Part shown: in pieces, positions 48,573 through 58,948 of the stretch
How positions within the stretch are numbered: the stretch's first letter is position 1
How the letters are laid out: each line of letters opens with the position of its first letter
Assembly (NCBI GenBank): GCA_038206475.1
Contig: JBBRAU010000001.1
Location: 3,317-67,316, forward strand
DNA length: 64,000 nt
Direction: 5' to 3'
Origin: Patescibacteria group bacterium
GTDB lineage: Bacteria; Patescibacteriota; UBA1384; JBBRAU01
Translations under genes and position numbers: made by a program
The notes under the pieces: model-generated
What the model was told of the DNA's origin: nothing
Database searches by the model: none
What the model saw: only the letters and a program-made list of their open reading frames with translations

Positions 48573-49121
48573 CTACGAATTGGCAAACTTGGCTTTGAAG
48601 GCGGCCATCGCTTCAGTAATCTGCGCCTTGGCTTCGGCCGCATCGCCAAAGCCGGTGACCGTAACATGTTTGCCCGGCTCAAGCAGCTTATATGTTTCCA
48701 TGAAGGTTTTAATTTCGGCTTTGGTGTGGGCGTTAACATCGGCAATGTCTTGCACGTGCGCCCAGCGCGGATCTTTGATTGGCACGCAAATCACTTTGTT
48801 GTCTTTTTCGCCACTGTCTTCCATATGCAACAGTCCAACCGGCCGGCAGGCGATAACGCAGCCCGGGAAAGTTGGATAGGTCACGAGCACGATGGCGTCC
48901 AGCAGATCTTCATCTTGCGTGTTCCAGGTTTGCGGGATGAGGCCGTAGTCGGTCGGATAAAAGTTAGGGCCGGTTAAGACACGGTCTAATGCAAAGTAGT
49001 CGCCGTGCTCGCGGAACTCAATTTTATTGCTGGAGCCTTTGGTAATTTCGATAAAAACGTTGACTTCGTTGGGCACATCCTCACCCGCTGGCAGACGGAA
49101 GACAATCGATGACTCTGTCAT
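48573..49121 (-). CDS. ppa: Inorganic pyrophosphatase (family I)
   Basis: LDRVL, YPTDYGLIPQT, DEDLLD, DSGEKDNK. Confidence 0.95.
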   Translation of the reverse strand: MTESSIVFRLPAGEDVPNEVNVFIEITKGSSNKIEFREHGDYFALDRVLTGPNFYPTDYGLIPQTWNTQDEDLLDAIVLVTYPTFPGCVIACRPVGLLHMEDSGEKDNKVICVPIKDPRWAHVQDIADVNAHTKAEIKTFMETYKLLEPGKHVTVTGFGDAAEAKAQITEAMAAFKAKFANS

Positions 49122-50287
49122 GGCGATCCTTTCTTGTGTTTCTTGAAATATTCAACATAAAGATTTGCGGTCTGTTTGGCCGCCTTCTCCCAACAGTAGC
49201 CGGCTTGCTGCTGTTTGCCAAGCTGGCTGAGTTTAGCCGCTAGCGCCTCGTCCTCAACCAGCCTCGTTAAGTGCACGGCTAACTCTTCGGGATGCGTCGG
49301 GTCAAAGTAAAGCGCGGCTTCGCCAAGCACTTCCGGCAAACAGGAAGCATTTGAGCTAATGACCGGCAGACCGTAGCGCATCGCCTCAAGCGGCGGCAGG
49401 CCAAATCCCTCCTTAAAGGAGGGGAAAATAAAGGCCGTGGCGTTCAAATAAAGTGCTTGCAGCGCCGCCTCTGAGACAAATCCGGGGCGAATAACTTCTG
49501 ATTCCGTTAAGCCGGTGCGTTCAAGCGCTTGGTCTATCCACGTGGCTTTCGAATCAATTTTTCCAGCCAAAACGAGGCGGTAGATGCTGCCTGAGGGATA
49601 CTGCTCGCGGAAACTGGCAAACCCTTCAATTAAGCCGTCAACATTTTTATGGATACGCTGCTGGCCAACGTAGAGAAAATACGGCTCAGCCACCCCGGCC
49701 TCGGTCAGCTCTTTGGGCAGTTTTGGCTTGGCCGTGGGCATAGGCGGCTCGCGCAACGACTGCGATGACTCATAAATGACCGTAATTTTGGCCGGATCAG
49801 CCCGATAGTAGGCCAACAAGTCGGCTTCGGTCGCCTCAGAAACGGCAATTATTTTTTGGCTGCGGCGAACAGCGTCAGCCATGACGCGATGGTAGAGGAA
49901 ACGCTTGAGGAAGCTGCTTGCGGGTGTTGGATACTCATCAAGCACCAGGTCAGGAATGGTGACGATAAACGGCACTTTCAGGCCGAGCGGGTGGTTGAAG
50001 TGTAAAAAGTGCACCAGATCTGGCTGCAGCTTCAGTATGCGGCGGCGAAAATCAGTTTGCTCGGCGCGCGAGTACCACGGCTCTGGGGCAACTTCAGCCG
50101 TCTGGTTTGGCTGCAGGTACGGCGTGAGTGCTTTCTCCTGGCCAGGCGGAATCAACACAGTCACTTGGTAGTCGCCGAGCAGCGGCAGTAAACATGCGAG
50201 CAAATCAAAGGTCAGGCGGCCGTTGCCGGAGGACTCAGGTTTCAAAAAGCGAGCATCAATAACTAGGTGCGGCAATGCTTTAATCAT
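49118..50287 (-). CDS. GT4 glycosyltransferase
   Basis: HKNV, EGFGLPPLEAM. Confidence 0.94.
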   Translation of the reverse strand: MIKALPHLVIDARFLKPESSGNGRLTFDLLACLLPLLGDYQVTVLIPPGQEKALTPYLQPNQTAEVAPEPWYSRAEQTDFRRRILKLQPDLVHFLHFNHPLGLKVPFIVTIPDLVLDEYPTPASSFLKRFLYHRVMADAVRRSQKIIAVSEATEADLLAYYRADPAKITVIYESSQSLREPPMPTAKPKLPKELTEAGVAEPYFLYVGQQRIHKNVDGLIEGFASFREQYPSGSIYRLVLAGKIDSKATWIDQALERTGLTESEVIRPGFVSEAALQALYLNATAFIFPSFKEGFGLPPLEAMRYGLPVISSNASCLPEVLGEAALYFDPTHPEELAVHLTRLVEDEALAAKLSQLGKQQQAGYCWEKAAKQTANLYVEYFKKHKKGSP

Positions 50288-51401
50288 GTTTTTCCGGTTT
50301 TAACCACGGCCAAAAGGCATCGGCCATAATGAGTAAGCTAAGTGGTGCCAAACTGGCCTGCCAGAAGGTGGTGTCAACGGCGCCATGAATAAGAATGGCT
50401 AGCAGGGCGGCCAATGTCCAGACCGATCGCGGTCGCTTGAGTGCGGCTAAGAGCGCCAACCAAAATAGCACTGTGAGGCCAATTACACCAAATAGACCGG
50501 CGTTGAACCAGCTGGCCAAAAAGAGGTTGTGCGGGTGGAGAGCGTAGGGGACGACGTAGCGCCCGAGTTGCGGGTCGCCTTGGACCAGGTTGGCGTAGGC
50601 GGCCTGAAAGCCACCGTCGGACAGACCAAATAGTGCCACTCTGGGCTGCTTCAGCAGCTGCAGGGCGCCTTGCCAGATGGGGAAGCGGCTGTCGGCTTGG
50701 GTCATGGCTAACCCAACCAGCAGCAGCAAGCCGAGCGCGGTGAATAGGCGCTTCTTTGGATAGCGCATAAGTAACCAGGCAGACAGTGGCGCCAAAGCCA
50801 TGGCCAGCAGACCACCGTCAGAACGGCTGGCCAGTACTGTGAGCAGCGTAGCAGTGCCAATAAACCAGCGCACGGGTTGCTTGAAGTGCCCGCCGAGCAG
50901 CAACAGCCCCAGCGGCAGCATAAACATGGCCAACGTGTTAGGCGAGGTAAAGGGTCCAATCGCCCTCAACGGATGAAGGTATTGGCTGAGGTCCGCGGCG
51001 ACTTGGCCCGGCCACAGCAGATACCAGCCGAGTAGCGAGCCGGCGGCGGCCACTGCAGTCAGGCAAAAACCAATCAGTAAGCCACCTGCCGCCAATGTTT
51101 TTTGCCGTGATGTGCCGGCCGCAAGCAGGCAGGCGAAGACGGCTGGCAGGATAATCCAGCCGATCAGAATGCCGCCGGCATGGCTTTGTGAGCTGGCTCC
51201 GGGCACGGCCAGCAGTAGGCCGGCCAAAAGTAGGCCAAACCCAGACAACAGGCGTTGGCGCAGGTGCAGCGGTTTATCGGCTGATTGCAGGTATGGCAAG
51301 CTAAGCAGTAGGGCAATTGAGATCAGGGGCAGCGCCACCCCGGGCAGTTTCCAGAGCGCTAGGGGCATGAGCGCTGTGGCCAAGGCAATAAGAAAATTCA
51401 C
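50280..51401 (-). CDS. O-antigen ligase / oligosaccharyltransferase family protein
   Basis: RAIGPFTSPN, SRFPIW, HPHNLFL. Confidence 0.85.
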   Translation of the reverse strand: MNFLIALATALMPLALWKLPGVALPLISIALLLSLPYLQSADKPLHLRQRLLSGFGLLLAGLLLAVPGASSQSHAGGILIGWIILPAVFACLLAAGTSRQKTLAAGGLLIGFCLTAVAAAGSLLGWYLLWPGQVAADLSQYLHPLRAIGPFTSPNTLAMFMLPLGLLLLGGHFKQPVRWFIGTATLLTVLASRSDGGLLAMALAPLSAWLLMRYPKKRLFTALGLLLLVGLAMTQADSRFPIWQGALQLLKQPRVALFGLSDGGFQAAYANLVQGDPQLGRYVVPYALHPHNLFLASWFNAGLFGVIGLTVLFWLALLAALKRPRSVWTLAALLAILIHGAVDTTFWQASLAPLSLLIMADAFWPWLKPEKHD

Positions 51402-52654
51402 GCCGGCTCCGACTGGCGAATATGGGCCCAAATGAAGCCGATCATCACCCAAATCGGCAGAATGTAGAGCGTCGAGAAGAACATATATTGCACAATGGTC
51501 GCCATCAGGCTGAATAACAGCCAGAGCGCCGTGCGGTCCAGTTTTGGCCGTGCCAGCGAACGAGCCAAACCGGCCGCTAAGCTCACAAACAGACCAAGAC
51601 CAAGTACGAGACCAACAATACCCAGCTCGGCAAAAAGCTCTAGGTAGAGGTTGTTGACGATCGGCTGGCCAGCCTGGCTTGCCTGCTGCGGTAAAGTGCT
51701 GGCGTTACCAAAGTTGCCCATACCAACACCAGATAGTGGCACTGTTTGACCAAGCCGAAGCGCTTCGCTCCAGTTGTCCAGCCGGCCGACGGTTGAATTA
51801 GAACTAGGGTCGTGTAAATCGCCGATCAACAGTTGCTCCTCGGCCCGTGGCAAGTTGAGTGCCGTTTTGGCTGACAAGTGGCTGAGGCCAACGTACAAGC
51901 CGGCGGCCAAAAGCACCGCCGCAACCGTGGCTAACCAAAGCCTAGTAGTCAATTGGCGCTCCTGGCGAAACCAGAGTAGCGTAGAGACTATAACCAGTCC
52001 GACAACCAAGCCGAGGTTAGCACTGCGGCTGATGGGCAAGAAAAAGCTGACCAGGGCTAAGCCAAAGGTCGTCAGCCACAACAGGCGTCTCTTTGGCTGC
52101 TGCTCAACTAAAATGAGCGGCACCGGCAGTAGGAAGCAGAGGAAATTGCCAAAGTAGAGCGGCTCGAGCGAAAGGGCGTGCGGGCGTGGGAAACCAAGCA
52201 TGGATTTAGCATACACCGGCGAGAGTAGCGTCCACTGATTGCTCAGGCCGGCGGCGCCGGCAATGAACTGGTAGAAGGCAATAAGTGCTACACCAAGTGC
52301 GACGTAGCCAAGCACGAGCTTGGCTTTTGGCCAGACGAGTTTATCATGCAAAGCAATGCGAACTGCCATGGCGACCGCAACGGTAAACGCCAGCGCTAAG
52401 GCGGTGTGCAGCGCCCTGGCAGCACTGCCTGCCCAATAGACCGACAGCAGCGCCCAAAGCACCAGAATAACTGCGATGCGCTCGCTTGACAGCAGCTTTT
52501 GCCAATGCAACTGCTTCGGCGCATTTATGATCGCGGCAATTACCAGTATCAGTGCCACGGCGGTCGACAGACGGAGATCAAAGCCGCTCTGCTGTAGCAC
52601 CGGCCAGCGTTCAAACGGCAGGACGGCAAGCAACAGGATCAACACACTAGTCAT
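51398..52654 (-). CDS. O-antigen ligase family protein
   Basis: RPHALSLEPLYFG, SRS, GVGMGNF, NNLYLELFAELG. Confidence 0.85.
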   Translation of the reverse strand: MTSVLILLLAVLPFERWPVLQQSGFDLRLSTAVALILVIAAIINAPKQLHWQKLLSSERIAVILVLWALLSVYWAGSAARALHTALALAFTVAVAMAVRIALHDKLVWPKAKLVLGYVALGVALIAFYQFIAGAAGLSNQWTLLSPVYAKSMLGFPRPHALSLEPLYFGNFLCFLLPVPLILVEQQPKRRLLWLTTFGLALVSFFLPISRSANLGLVVGLVIVSTLLWFRQERQLTTRLWLATVAAVLLAAGLYVGLSHLSAKTALNLPRAEEQLLIGDLHDPSSNSTVGRLDNWSEALRLGQTVPLSGVGMGNFGNASTLPQQASQAGQPIVNNLYLELFAELGIVGLVLGLGLFVSLAAGLARSLARPKLDRTALWLLFSLMATIVQYMFFSTLYILPIWVMIGFIWAHIRQSEPA

Positions 52655-54119
52655 GACGGCCAAACCCTAAATTCTGGCGGTCCATCACGCCGATGGCAAA
52701 AAAGAGAAACAGCAAAAGCATCAGCCAGAGGCCCGCACCTCCGAGGCCAATCAGGAGCTGCCATTTGAAACTGCTGCCGGCAAACCAACTTACGGAGCGA
52801 TCAAACGGCCGAATAACCAGCAGGAGCGGCAGTATGGCAGCGGCGAGAATAGCCAGCACCTGGGCCAGCGGCAGTCGCGGCTTGGCTTTTTCTGGCAACA
52901 GTCGCCACTTCCAAACCAGGAGGACACCTTCCGTCAGGCCGGTTAGGAGTGCCGGCACGATCAGTGGTGCCAGCGGAATGAGTAACACATTCAGCGCCGC
53001 ATTCAAGACGGTGACAATAATCAGCGGCCGGATCGCCCGCCGCGTCATGTCGGTAGCAATAATAATATTCGTCATGTGCTGCGACAGGAACAACACCAAG
53101 AGCACCAAGGCCAAAATTCGCAGCGTCAAGGTGGCGGCTAAAAACTGCGGCCCGGCCAAGATGAGCAAAATGTACGGTGCAAACAGGTAGACCAGACTAG
53201 CCGTGGCGACGCCGCCGATAAGCGAGAGCATGCTGGTAGCGGTTAGAGCCCGGCCGAGGGTGGCATCTGGCTTGCGCCAGCGGGCCGCGAGCACCGGAAT
53301 GATGTTGCCGGCCAGAATGCCGGGTATGACTAAGACCAGGTCAAACATGCGGTAGGCGCCGCCGTAGAGACCCATCTCTACACTGCGGCTGCCGCGCATG
53401 AGCGACAGGATGACGCTGTCAATGCGCGAATGGGCCAGCGCAAAACCGGCCAGAAGCGCCATCGGCCAGAGACCGGCCCAGTGTTTGCGCCAGAGGTCGC
53501 TGTTGAAGCGGAAACGAATGGGCAAAAATTGCCGGATAATCAGCCATGAAATTAGGAATGAGGCGATACCGCCGACAAAGGCGGCCCAAAAAATCGTTTG
53601 CAGGCTTTGGCCGGAGGCGACCGCCCACCAGGTAGCGGCCAACGTGACCGCTTTGCCGAGCGTTTCCGGAATGACGATCAGCTCCGCTCGGAAACGTTGT
53701 TGGAAGTAGGCAGAGATAGTTTGGAAGAGTAGAGCAACGCCGGCAATGGCGGCGCCGAGCACGATGCCAAACTTGGTTGCCAGGCTATAGGTGGTCGTCG
53801 GCACGACCGTCACGATTGCCACAGCGACCAGAGCAATGACGGCGGTCAGGAGTAGCCGAAAGCCGAGAGCGTTGCTGAGTAGTTCCTCAGTCTGGCGGCG
53901 GTCTGTGGTCATTTCGCGCACCAAGTAGAGGTAGAGGCCCAAATCACCGACCGCACCAAACATCTGAATATAAACGAAAGCTGTGTTGTACTCGCCGACA
54001 CCGGAGACACCAAGGTAACGCGAAATAATGCGAAACAGCACTGCCGAAAGCAGCACGCTCAAAAAACGCCCCATAATCTGGATACCGCTATTTTTGGTAA
54101 TTTGCTGTCCGAGGCTCAT
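52647..54119 (-). CDS. Wzx-type flippase
   Basis: Multi-TM; RYLG..GVGEY, DLGL, GLYGGAYR. Confidence 0.9.
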   Translation of the reverse strand: MSLGQQITKNSGIQIMGRFLSVLLSAVLFRIISRYLGVSGVGEYNTAFVYIQMFGAVGDLGLYLYLVREMTTDRRQTEELLSNALGFRLLLTAVIALVAVAIVTVVPTTTYSLATKFGIVLGAAIAGVALLFQTISAYFQQRFRAELIVIPETLGKAVTLAATWWAVASGQSLQTIFWAAFVGGIASFLISWLIIRQFLPIRFRFNSDLWRKHWAGLWPMALLAGFALAHSRIDSVILSLMRGSRSVEMGLYGGAYRMFDLVLVIPGILAGNIIPVLAARWRKPDATLGRALTATSMLSLIGGVATASLVYLFAPYILLILAGPQFLAATLTLRILALVLLVLFLSQHMTNIIIATDMTRRAIRPLIIVTVLNAALNVLLIPLAPLIVPALLTGLTEGVLLVWKWRLLPEKAKPRLPLAQVLAILAAAILPLLLVIRPFDRSVSWFAGSSFKWQLLIGLGGAGLWLMLLLFLFFAIGVMDRQNLGFGRHD

Positions 54120-55372
54120 GTTCTCTTCTCACCATATCTGGCCGAATTCGGCAAAGCCAGCAGCAGCGCCGACAGCCCAACAAGCCACAAAGCGGCGGTT
54201 TTATTGTCAGAGAATGGCTGCAGAAAGAGATTTGCAACCAAGAAGGCGCTCCAGGGAACCAGCAGGAAGCGAGTTTGATTTGTTTTTGCTAGATGGACCA
54301 ACAGCACCACGAGTAGTCCGAGCAGACTAATCAAGCCGAACAGACCTATTTCGATCAGTATCGCCAGGTAGAAATTTTCCGGCAACAAACGAACATAGGG
54401 CGTGTAGGTTGCCGTACCAAGCCCCAGGCCGAGCAGCTTATCTGGCCATGGCAGGCTGCTCCACAGGCGGAGAACATCCTGAATGGTCGCGGCATGCAGG
54501 CTCGTTGAGGCACCATGCAGCAGCACCTCGCGCCACGAGCTCAGGTAGAACAGAACAAGCAGCCAGGAAGCAGTGAGCCAGCCAGCAACAATACCGACGA
54601 GCGCAGCCAGCCTAGGGCGCCAGGCAGCTTTGTCGAGCACAATTGCGGTCAGTGCACCGACCAGGGTCGCTAGTATGGCACTGCGGCTGCCGGTCAAAGC
54701 AATTGCGGCACCGACCAGGGCGGCAATATACAAATCGCGCTTCGGCTGGCGTTGCAGGCATACCAACCCGAGCAAACCGACCAGCAGGCCAAGCTGATTA
54801 CTGCCGATTGCCAGTGTCAGTTGCGGAACGCGGCCAGCGAAAAACCAGCCGTACCCAAATTGCAGCGACGGTGAAATGAGATGCCAGCGCTCCAGATAGC
54901 CGGGACCAAAGGTGAATTCCGCCGCCACCAGTGTGAGGACGATGCCCAGCAGCCAGCTGGTCGTTTTGTGGTAGTCAAATTGATTCGCTTGTTTCTCCGG
55001 AGGGAGAACAAGAAAACTGAAAGCGAGCAGCCACACGTAGCCGCCGCGAAAACCAATCACCAACTGGCGTAAACTGAGCTGGTGGCTGATACTGCTGACG
55101 GTAATCATGGTCAAGATCGGTATCAGCCACCACATCAGCTGCCGCGTCTCTAGACTGAGCTTGTTTTGGCCATCTGGCCAAAGAATTAACGCTACGGCAA
55201 TGAGCGCGAGAAGCCACAGCGTAATTTCGGGCAATGAGACGATCAAAAATGCCACCCTCGGCGACAACAGTGCGTGGCTGGCCAGCATAGCCTCAACAAG
55301 ACGATTGACGAAGTAACCGCCAATAATCAACAACCAAATCAGGTTGAGACGGGTACGCAAAATAGCGATCAC
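54116..55372 (-). CDS. O-antigen ligase / Wzy-like membrane protein
   Basis: LTGSRSA, LGLGLG, PENFYL..LIEIGLFG. Confidence 0.75.
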   Translation of the reverse strand: MIAILRTRLNLIWLLIIGGYFVNRLVEAMLASHALLSPRVAFLIVSLPEITLWLLALIAVALILWPDGQNKLSLETRQLMWWLIPILTMITVSSISHQLSLRQLVIGFRGGYVWLLAFSFLVLPPEKQANQFDYHKTTSWLLGIVLTLVAAEFTFGPGYLERWHLISPSLQFGYGWFFAGRVPQLTLAIGSNQLGLLVGLLGLVCLQRQPKRDLYIAALVGAAIALTGSRSAILATLVGALTAIVLDKAAWRPRLAALVGIVAGWLTASWLLVLFYLSSWREVLLHGASTSLHAATIQDVLRLWSSLPWPDKLLGLGLGTATYTPYVRLLPENFYLAILIEIGLFGLISLLGLLVVLLVHLAKTNQTRFLLVPWSAFLVANLFLQPFSDNKTAALWLVGLSALLLALPNSARYGEKRT

Positions 55373-56458
55373 TTAACGGAGACCTGCTAGAAACACGTCG
55401 GCGCTGTGCTGGATAGTGTATAATTTACTGTCTTGCCAGGCAGCTTGACGCCTGGCGGCGTACTCATTGCTGTCGCCGAGTGCTTGCATCACCGCTTCAG
55501 CCAAACCGAGCGGTGTATTCACTTTAGCCAGCCAGCCCGTTCGGCCATCTTTGACGGAGTCGCGGTAGCCGGCCACATTGTAGGTGACCGCCGGTGTGCC
55601 GAGAGCATTGGCCTCGGTGACAATTAAGCCCCAACCTTCTTTGTGGGAGGCCGAGACCAAGAGAGAGGCGGCTTGCATTAGCTGATTGCGCTTGGATAGC
55701 GGCACCGCGCCGTGGAAAGTGACGCGCTGCGCCAAACCAAGCGCTTCGGCCTGCGCTTTCAGCTGTGAGACATATACGTCTCCACCGCGACCAACCACGT
55801 CAAAGTGCGCCTCAGGAAGGTATTGCATCATCTTCAACAGGTGCGGAATGCGTTTCATCGGATGATGGCGACCAACAAAGATCAGTCGCCACTCTGGTTT
55901 TTTGGCGGGCAGGCTAGGCAGCGGCGTCACGTCAACCGCCTCAGGCACGATTGTGATCGCTTTACGCGCAATGCCACGCGCCACTAAATCTTCTTTCGTC
56001 GAAGCTGAAACGGTCAGAAACCGCGTACGGCGATAGCACCAAAAAAGCAACGGCTCAACGGTGTAGAGCAGCAGATTGACCGGAAAGCAGGCGATTAAAA
56101 ACCAGAGGCTGCGCGGCACTTCGTGAATGAAAGCCCGGCGCAACGACGCCGGCATATACAGTGGTGTAAAAAAAGGGATGCCGTGAATTTGGTCAACGAC
56201 GCGATCAAAATTGCGGGCCTGGCCATCGGCGCGCCACCAGCGCCAGGCCTGGTAGTGTACCGTCAACGCTGAGCCACACCGAATAATGGTGTAGCCGTCT
56301 CGTTGCTCCTCAGGCTGGGCGCCTGGGAAACTGGCCGTAAACAACACAACGCTATGGCCGCGCCGAACAAGCTCGACCATAATCGCCTCGGTAATGACTT
56401 CCGCCCCGCCGGCCGCCGGATTTAGCCGGTCTCGCCAGTTGAGAAACAGGAGGTTCAT
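55373..56458 (-). CDS. GT4 glycosyltransferase
   Basis: AGGAE, KEGWGLIVTEA. Confidence 0.93.
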   Translation of the reverse strand: MNLLFLNWRDRLNPAAGGAEVITEAIMVELVRRGHSVVLFTASFPGAQPEEQRDGYTIIRCGSALTVHYQAWRWWRADGQARNFDRVVDQIHGIPFFTPLYMPASLRRAFIHEVPRSLWFLIACFPVNLLLYTVEPLLFWCYRRTRFLTVSASTKEDLVARGIARKAITIVPEAVDVTPLPSLPAKKPEWRLIFVGRHHPMKRIPHLLKMMQYLPEAHFDVVGRGGDVYVSQLKAQAEALGLAQRVTFHGAVPLSKRNQLMQAASLLVSASHKEGWGLIVTEANALGTPAVTYNVAGYRDSVKDGRTGWLAKVNTPLGLAEAVMQALGDSNEYAARRQAAWQDSKLYTIQHSADVFLAGLR

Positions 56459-57222
56459 GGGCTGATTTGGTTCAATAACCGGCGGTGTGGCCGGTCATAA
56501 TAACGCACTAGGTAGCGACGGTAGAAAATGGCGGCGGTATCTTGACCGGCCTGGATAATCGACTTCAGCTTAACGCCTGAGGTGACGGCATTGAAGTCTA
56601 AGTTGACCGGCGCCTCAAAGATGCGACTATAACCAAGCCGCTTGGCAATCACCAAGAGCTCTAGATCAAACATATACTGCTTAACAAGCGCCCGCGGCAT
56701 CACATCATCAAGCACCTTTTTGCGGAATACTTTGAGGCCAACTTGGGTATCTTTGACATTCAAATGGAACAAAAGCCAGATGAGCGCTTGGGCGAAGAAG
56801 GAGATGACTCGTCTCTGCCTCGGATAGTGCACATGTGAGGCTGGATGACGCTTTGAACCAATAACAATATCGGCCTCAAAGATTTGATAGAGCTGGACAA
56901 AACGGCCAACGTGGTCCGGGCTGTAATCGCCGCCAGCGTCAAACAGCACCACAACCTCGCCTTTCGCGCGCGCGGCGCCATAGTAGAAGGCGTAACCTTT
57001 GCCATGATTCGGTTGGTAGCTGAGTATCGTGAGGCGTGGATCGGTGATCTTCTTGGCCTCGGCCTCGGTTTCGTCCGGACTGCCGTCAACGACCACAATA
57101 ACCTCAAACGAGTAGGCGTACGTATCGAGTTCCGGCAACAGTAAATTGAGCGTATGGCGAATATTCTTCGCCTCACCATAGGCCGGTATGACGACACTCA
57201 GATACGGTTTTTTGTCAGGCAT
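56455..57222 (-). CDS. GT2 polyprenol-phosphate glycosyltransferase
   Basis: SVVIPAY, DGSPD, NHGKG, DTQVGLK. Confidence 0.92.
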   Translation of the reverse strand: MPDKKPYLSVVIPAYGEAKNIRHTLNLLLPELDTYAYSFEVIVVVDGSPDETEAEAKKITDPRLTILSYQPNHGKGYAFYYGAARAKGEVVVLFDAGGDYSPDHVGRFVQLYQIFEADIVIGSKRHPASHVHYPRQRRVISFFAQALIWLLFHLNVKDTQVGLKVFRKKVLDDVMPRALVKQYMFDLELLVIAKRLGYSRIFEAPVNLDFNAVTSGVKLKSIIQAGQDTAAIFYRRYLVRYYDRPHRRLLNQISP

Positions 57223-57258
57223 ATTCTCTCCGCCAAACAGCTGAAAGTGTGCGCAGAA

Positions 57259-58512
57259 TCAGGCTTGGCTTCTCTTGGTGATTCCCCCGTATGCTAGCAG
57301 GAATAAGGTGGCAAGCGCGAGCGCGCCGGTTATACCACTAATCAAACCGACCAGGCTGCCGTGGCTAAACATCACGGTCAAAATATAGACCAGAAAACCG
57401 AGTAACAGCCAAGGTATGACCATCGTCCGGCGCATGGCCAAGAAATACTGGGCCAAGAGAAATAGCATTTCATAGCAGAGCACCATCAGGCCGGTGAGCG
57501 GCAGCAGCGACGCCTGACTAACGTAGGCTTGGCCAAACAAGAGCTTGAGCAGAGGCTCTGGGTAGCGCCAGAAGATAGTGAGCACAATCAAGCCGCCGAC
57601 AAGTAGTAGGCAGGCGGTACCAAACAGCAGCGGCAGCGAACGGCCGCCGCGAATCCGCTCAGCTGTAATTAGTGGAAACATGACCGATATGACAGGACTC
57701 GAAAAATAGAACAGGTACTTAGCCACGGTTGAGACAGCGGCGTACTGGCCGGCCAATGCAGGCAGGTAGTGCTTAACAAACAGCACGTCTGCGCTTAGAT
57801 AGAAACTGGTCACAAATAATATAACCGCCACCGTAGCGTATTCCGTCCAAGGGATGTGTAGTTTCAGTGCCTTCGGCGTATCAGAGGGCTGAAAATGGAG
57901 CGGCAAGAAGGAGAAGATCAGCGCCAGCGCCATACCAACAATAACGGCGGCAATTGCGCCGAAGAGGGCGTAGCCGAGCGCAATCGAAACGATACCGGCC
58001 AACAGGCGGACAATGCCCTCTGAAGTGGTTGACCAAGCAAACAGCCAGAAACGTTGGCTGCCTTGCAAAGCGCCGCGGAAGACCGGCAACGCCAAGCCGA
58101 GGAGTACCGTTGGTGCCAGGGCCATAACTGGTAGGGCGGATGGCAAGTTTAAGTAACCGGCAAACCACGGAGCGGCCACAACGATCAGAGCGGTTAGGCC
58201 GAGGCCAATCGGCCACAGCTTCTGCAGCAGCCATAAGCTCAGTTCGCGGATACCGGCTAGACCATGTTCTTGCATGATTTCGCCGGCTCGCCGGTTAGCC
58301 ACCAGTTGAATGACCGAAGCGGGGATAGTAAAGAGGATGAGCAGATTGAGTAGCGCCACCAGCTCGCCGTATGGCTCGCTGCCCAGATGGTTGGCCATCA
58401 GGCGCTGAAAGAGATAGTTGGCGACTGCACCAATGAGAGTACCAAAAACGACGACCGCTCCAGAGGTAAGCAGCGTCCGCGGCAGGCCAAATAGTCGGCT
58501 ATCATCTGACAT
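57259..58512 (-). CDS. Oligosaccharide flippase family protein
   Basis: Multi-TM; LGSEPYGEL, RGALQG, AGQYAA. Confidence 0.85.
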   Translation of the reverse strand: MSDDSRLFGLPRTLLTSGAVVVFGTLIGAVANYLFQRLMANHLGSEPYGELVALLNLLILFTIPASVIQLVANRRAGEIMQEHGLAGIRELSLWLLQKLWPIGLGLTALIVVAAPWFAGYLNLPSALPVMALAPTVLLGLALPVFRGALQGSQRFWLFAWSTTSEGIVRLLAGIVSIALGYALFGAIAAVIVGMALALIFSFLPLHFQPSDTPKALKLHIPWTEYATVAVILFVTSFYLSADVLFVKHYLPALAGQYAAVSTVAKYLFYFSSPVISVMFPLITAERIRGGRSLPLLFGTACLLLVGGLIVLTIFWRYPEPLLKLLFGQAYVSQASLLPLTGLMVLCYEMLFLLAQYFLAMRRTMVIPWLLLGFLVYILTVMFSHGSLVGLISGITGALALATLFLLAYGGITKRSQA

Positions 58513-58745
58513 CAGCCATAGCCTAGCATATGCATTATGCCGACGCGAAGCGGAGCAGCAGAAAGGGCTGGCCAGGCGTAAGTATCGCCCGTGCAACCAC
58601 GCCTGATTTGTGGTATTGTCAAGCCGCCGCATATACATGCGCGTGCGCGCGAATTCATTATCGCGCCACAAGCCACATCTAGAAAAGAGTGGCTTCAGCG
58701 AGAAAGCCCGAGCAACGCGTCTGGGTTTGTCTCGTCAACTTCTTT

Positions 58746-58838
58746 GGAGAGGTACCCAAGTGGCTGAAGGGGCGGGTTTGCTAAACCTGTAGGGTTCCGA
58801 AAGGAGCCGCGAGAGTTCGAATCTCTCCCTCTCCGCCA
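58746..58838 (+). tRNA. tRNA-Ser(GCT)
   Basis: GGAGAGG/CCTCTCC-G-CCA; loop TT-GCT-AA; long variable arm. Confidence 0.96.
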
Positions 58839-58948
58839 AAAAGTGAAACCAGCCTCAGGCTGGATTTGCTTTTTGATTGGCAAATATAAACGATCGATCG
58901 CACAACGCCATCTGTCACTTTGATGCCGTGATGAGTTAGACTAAAGAC

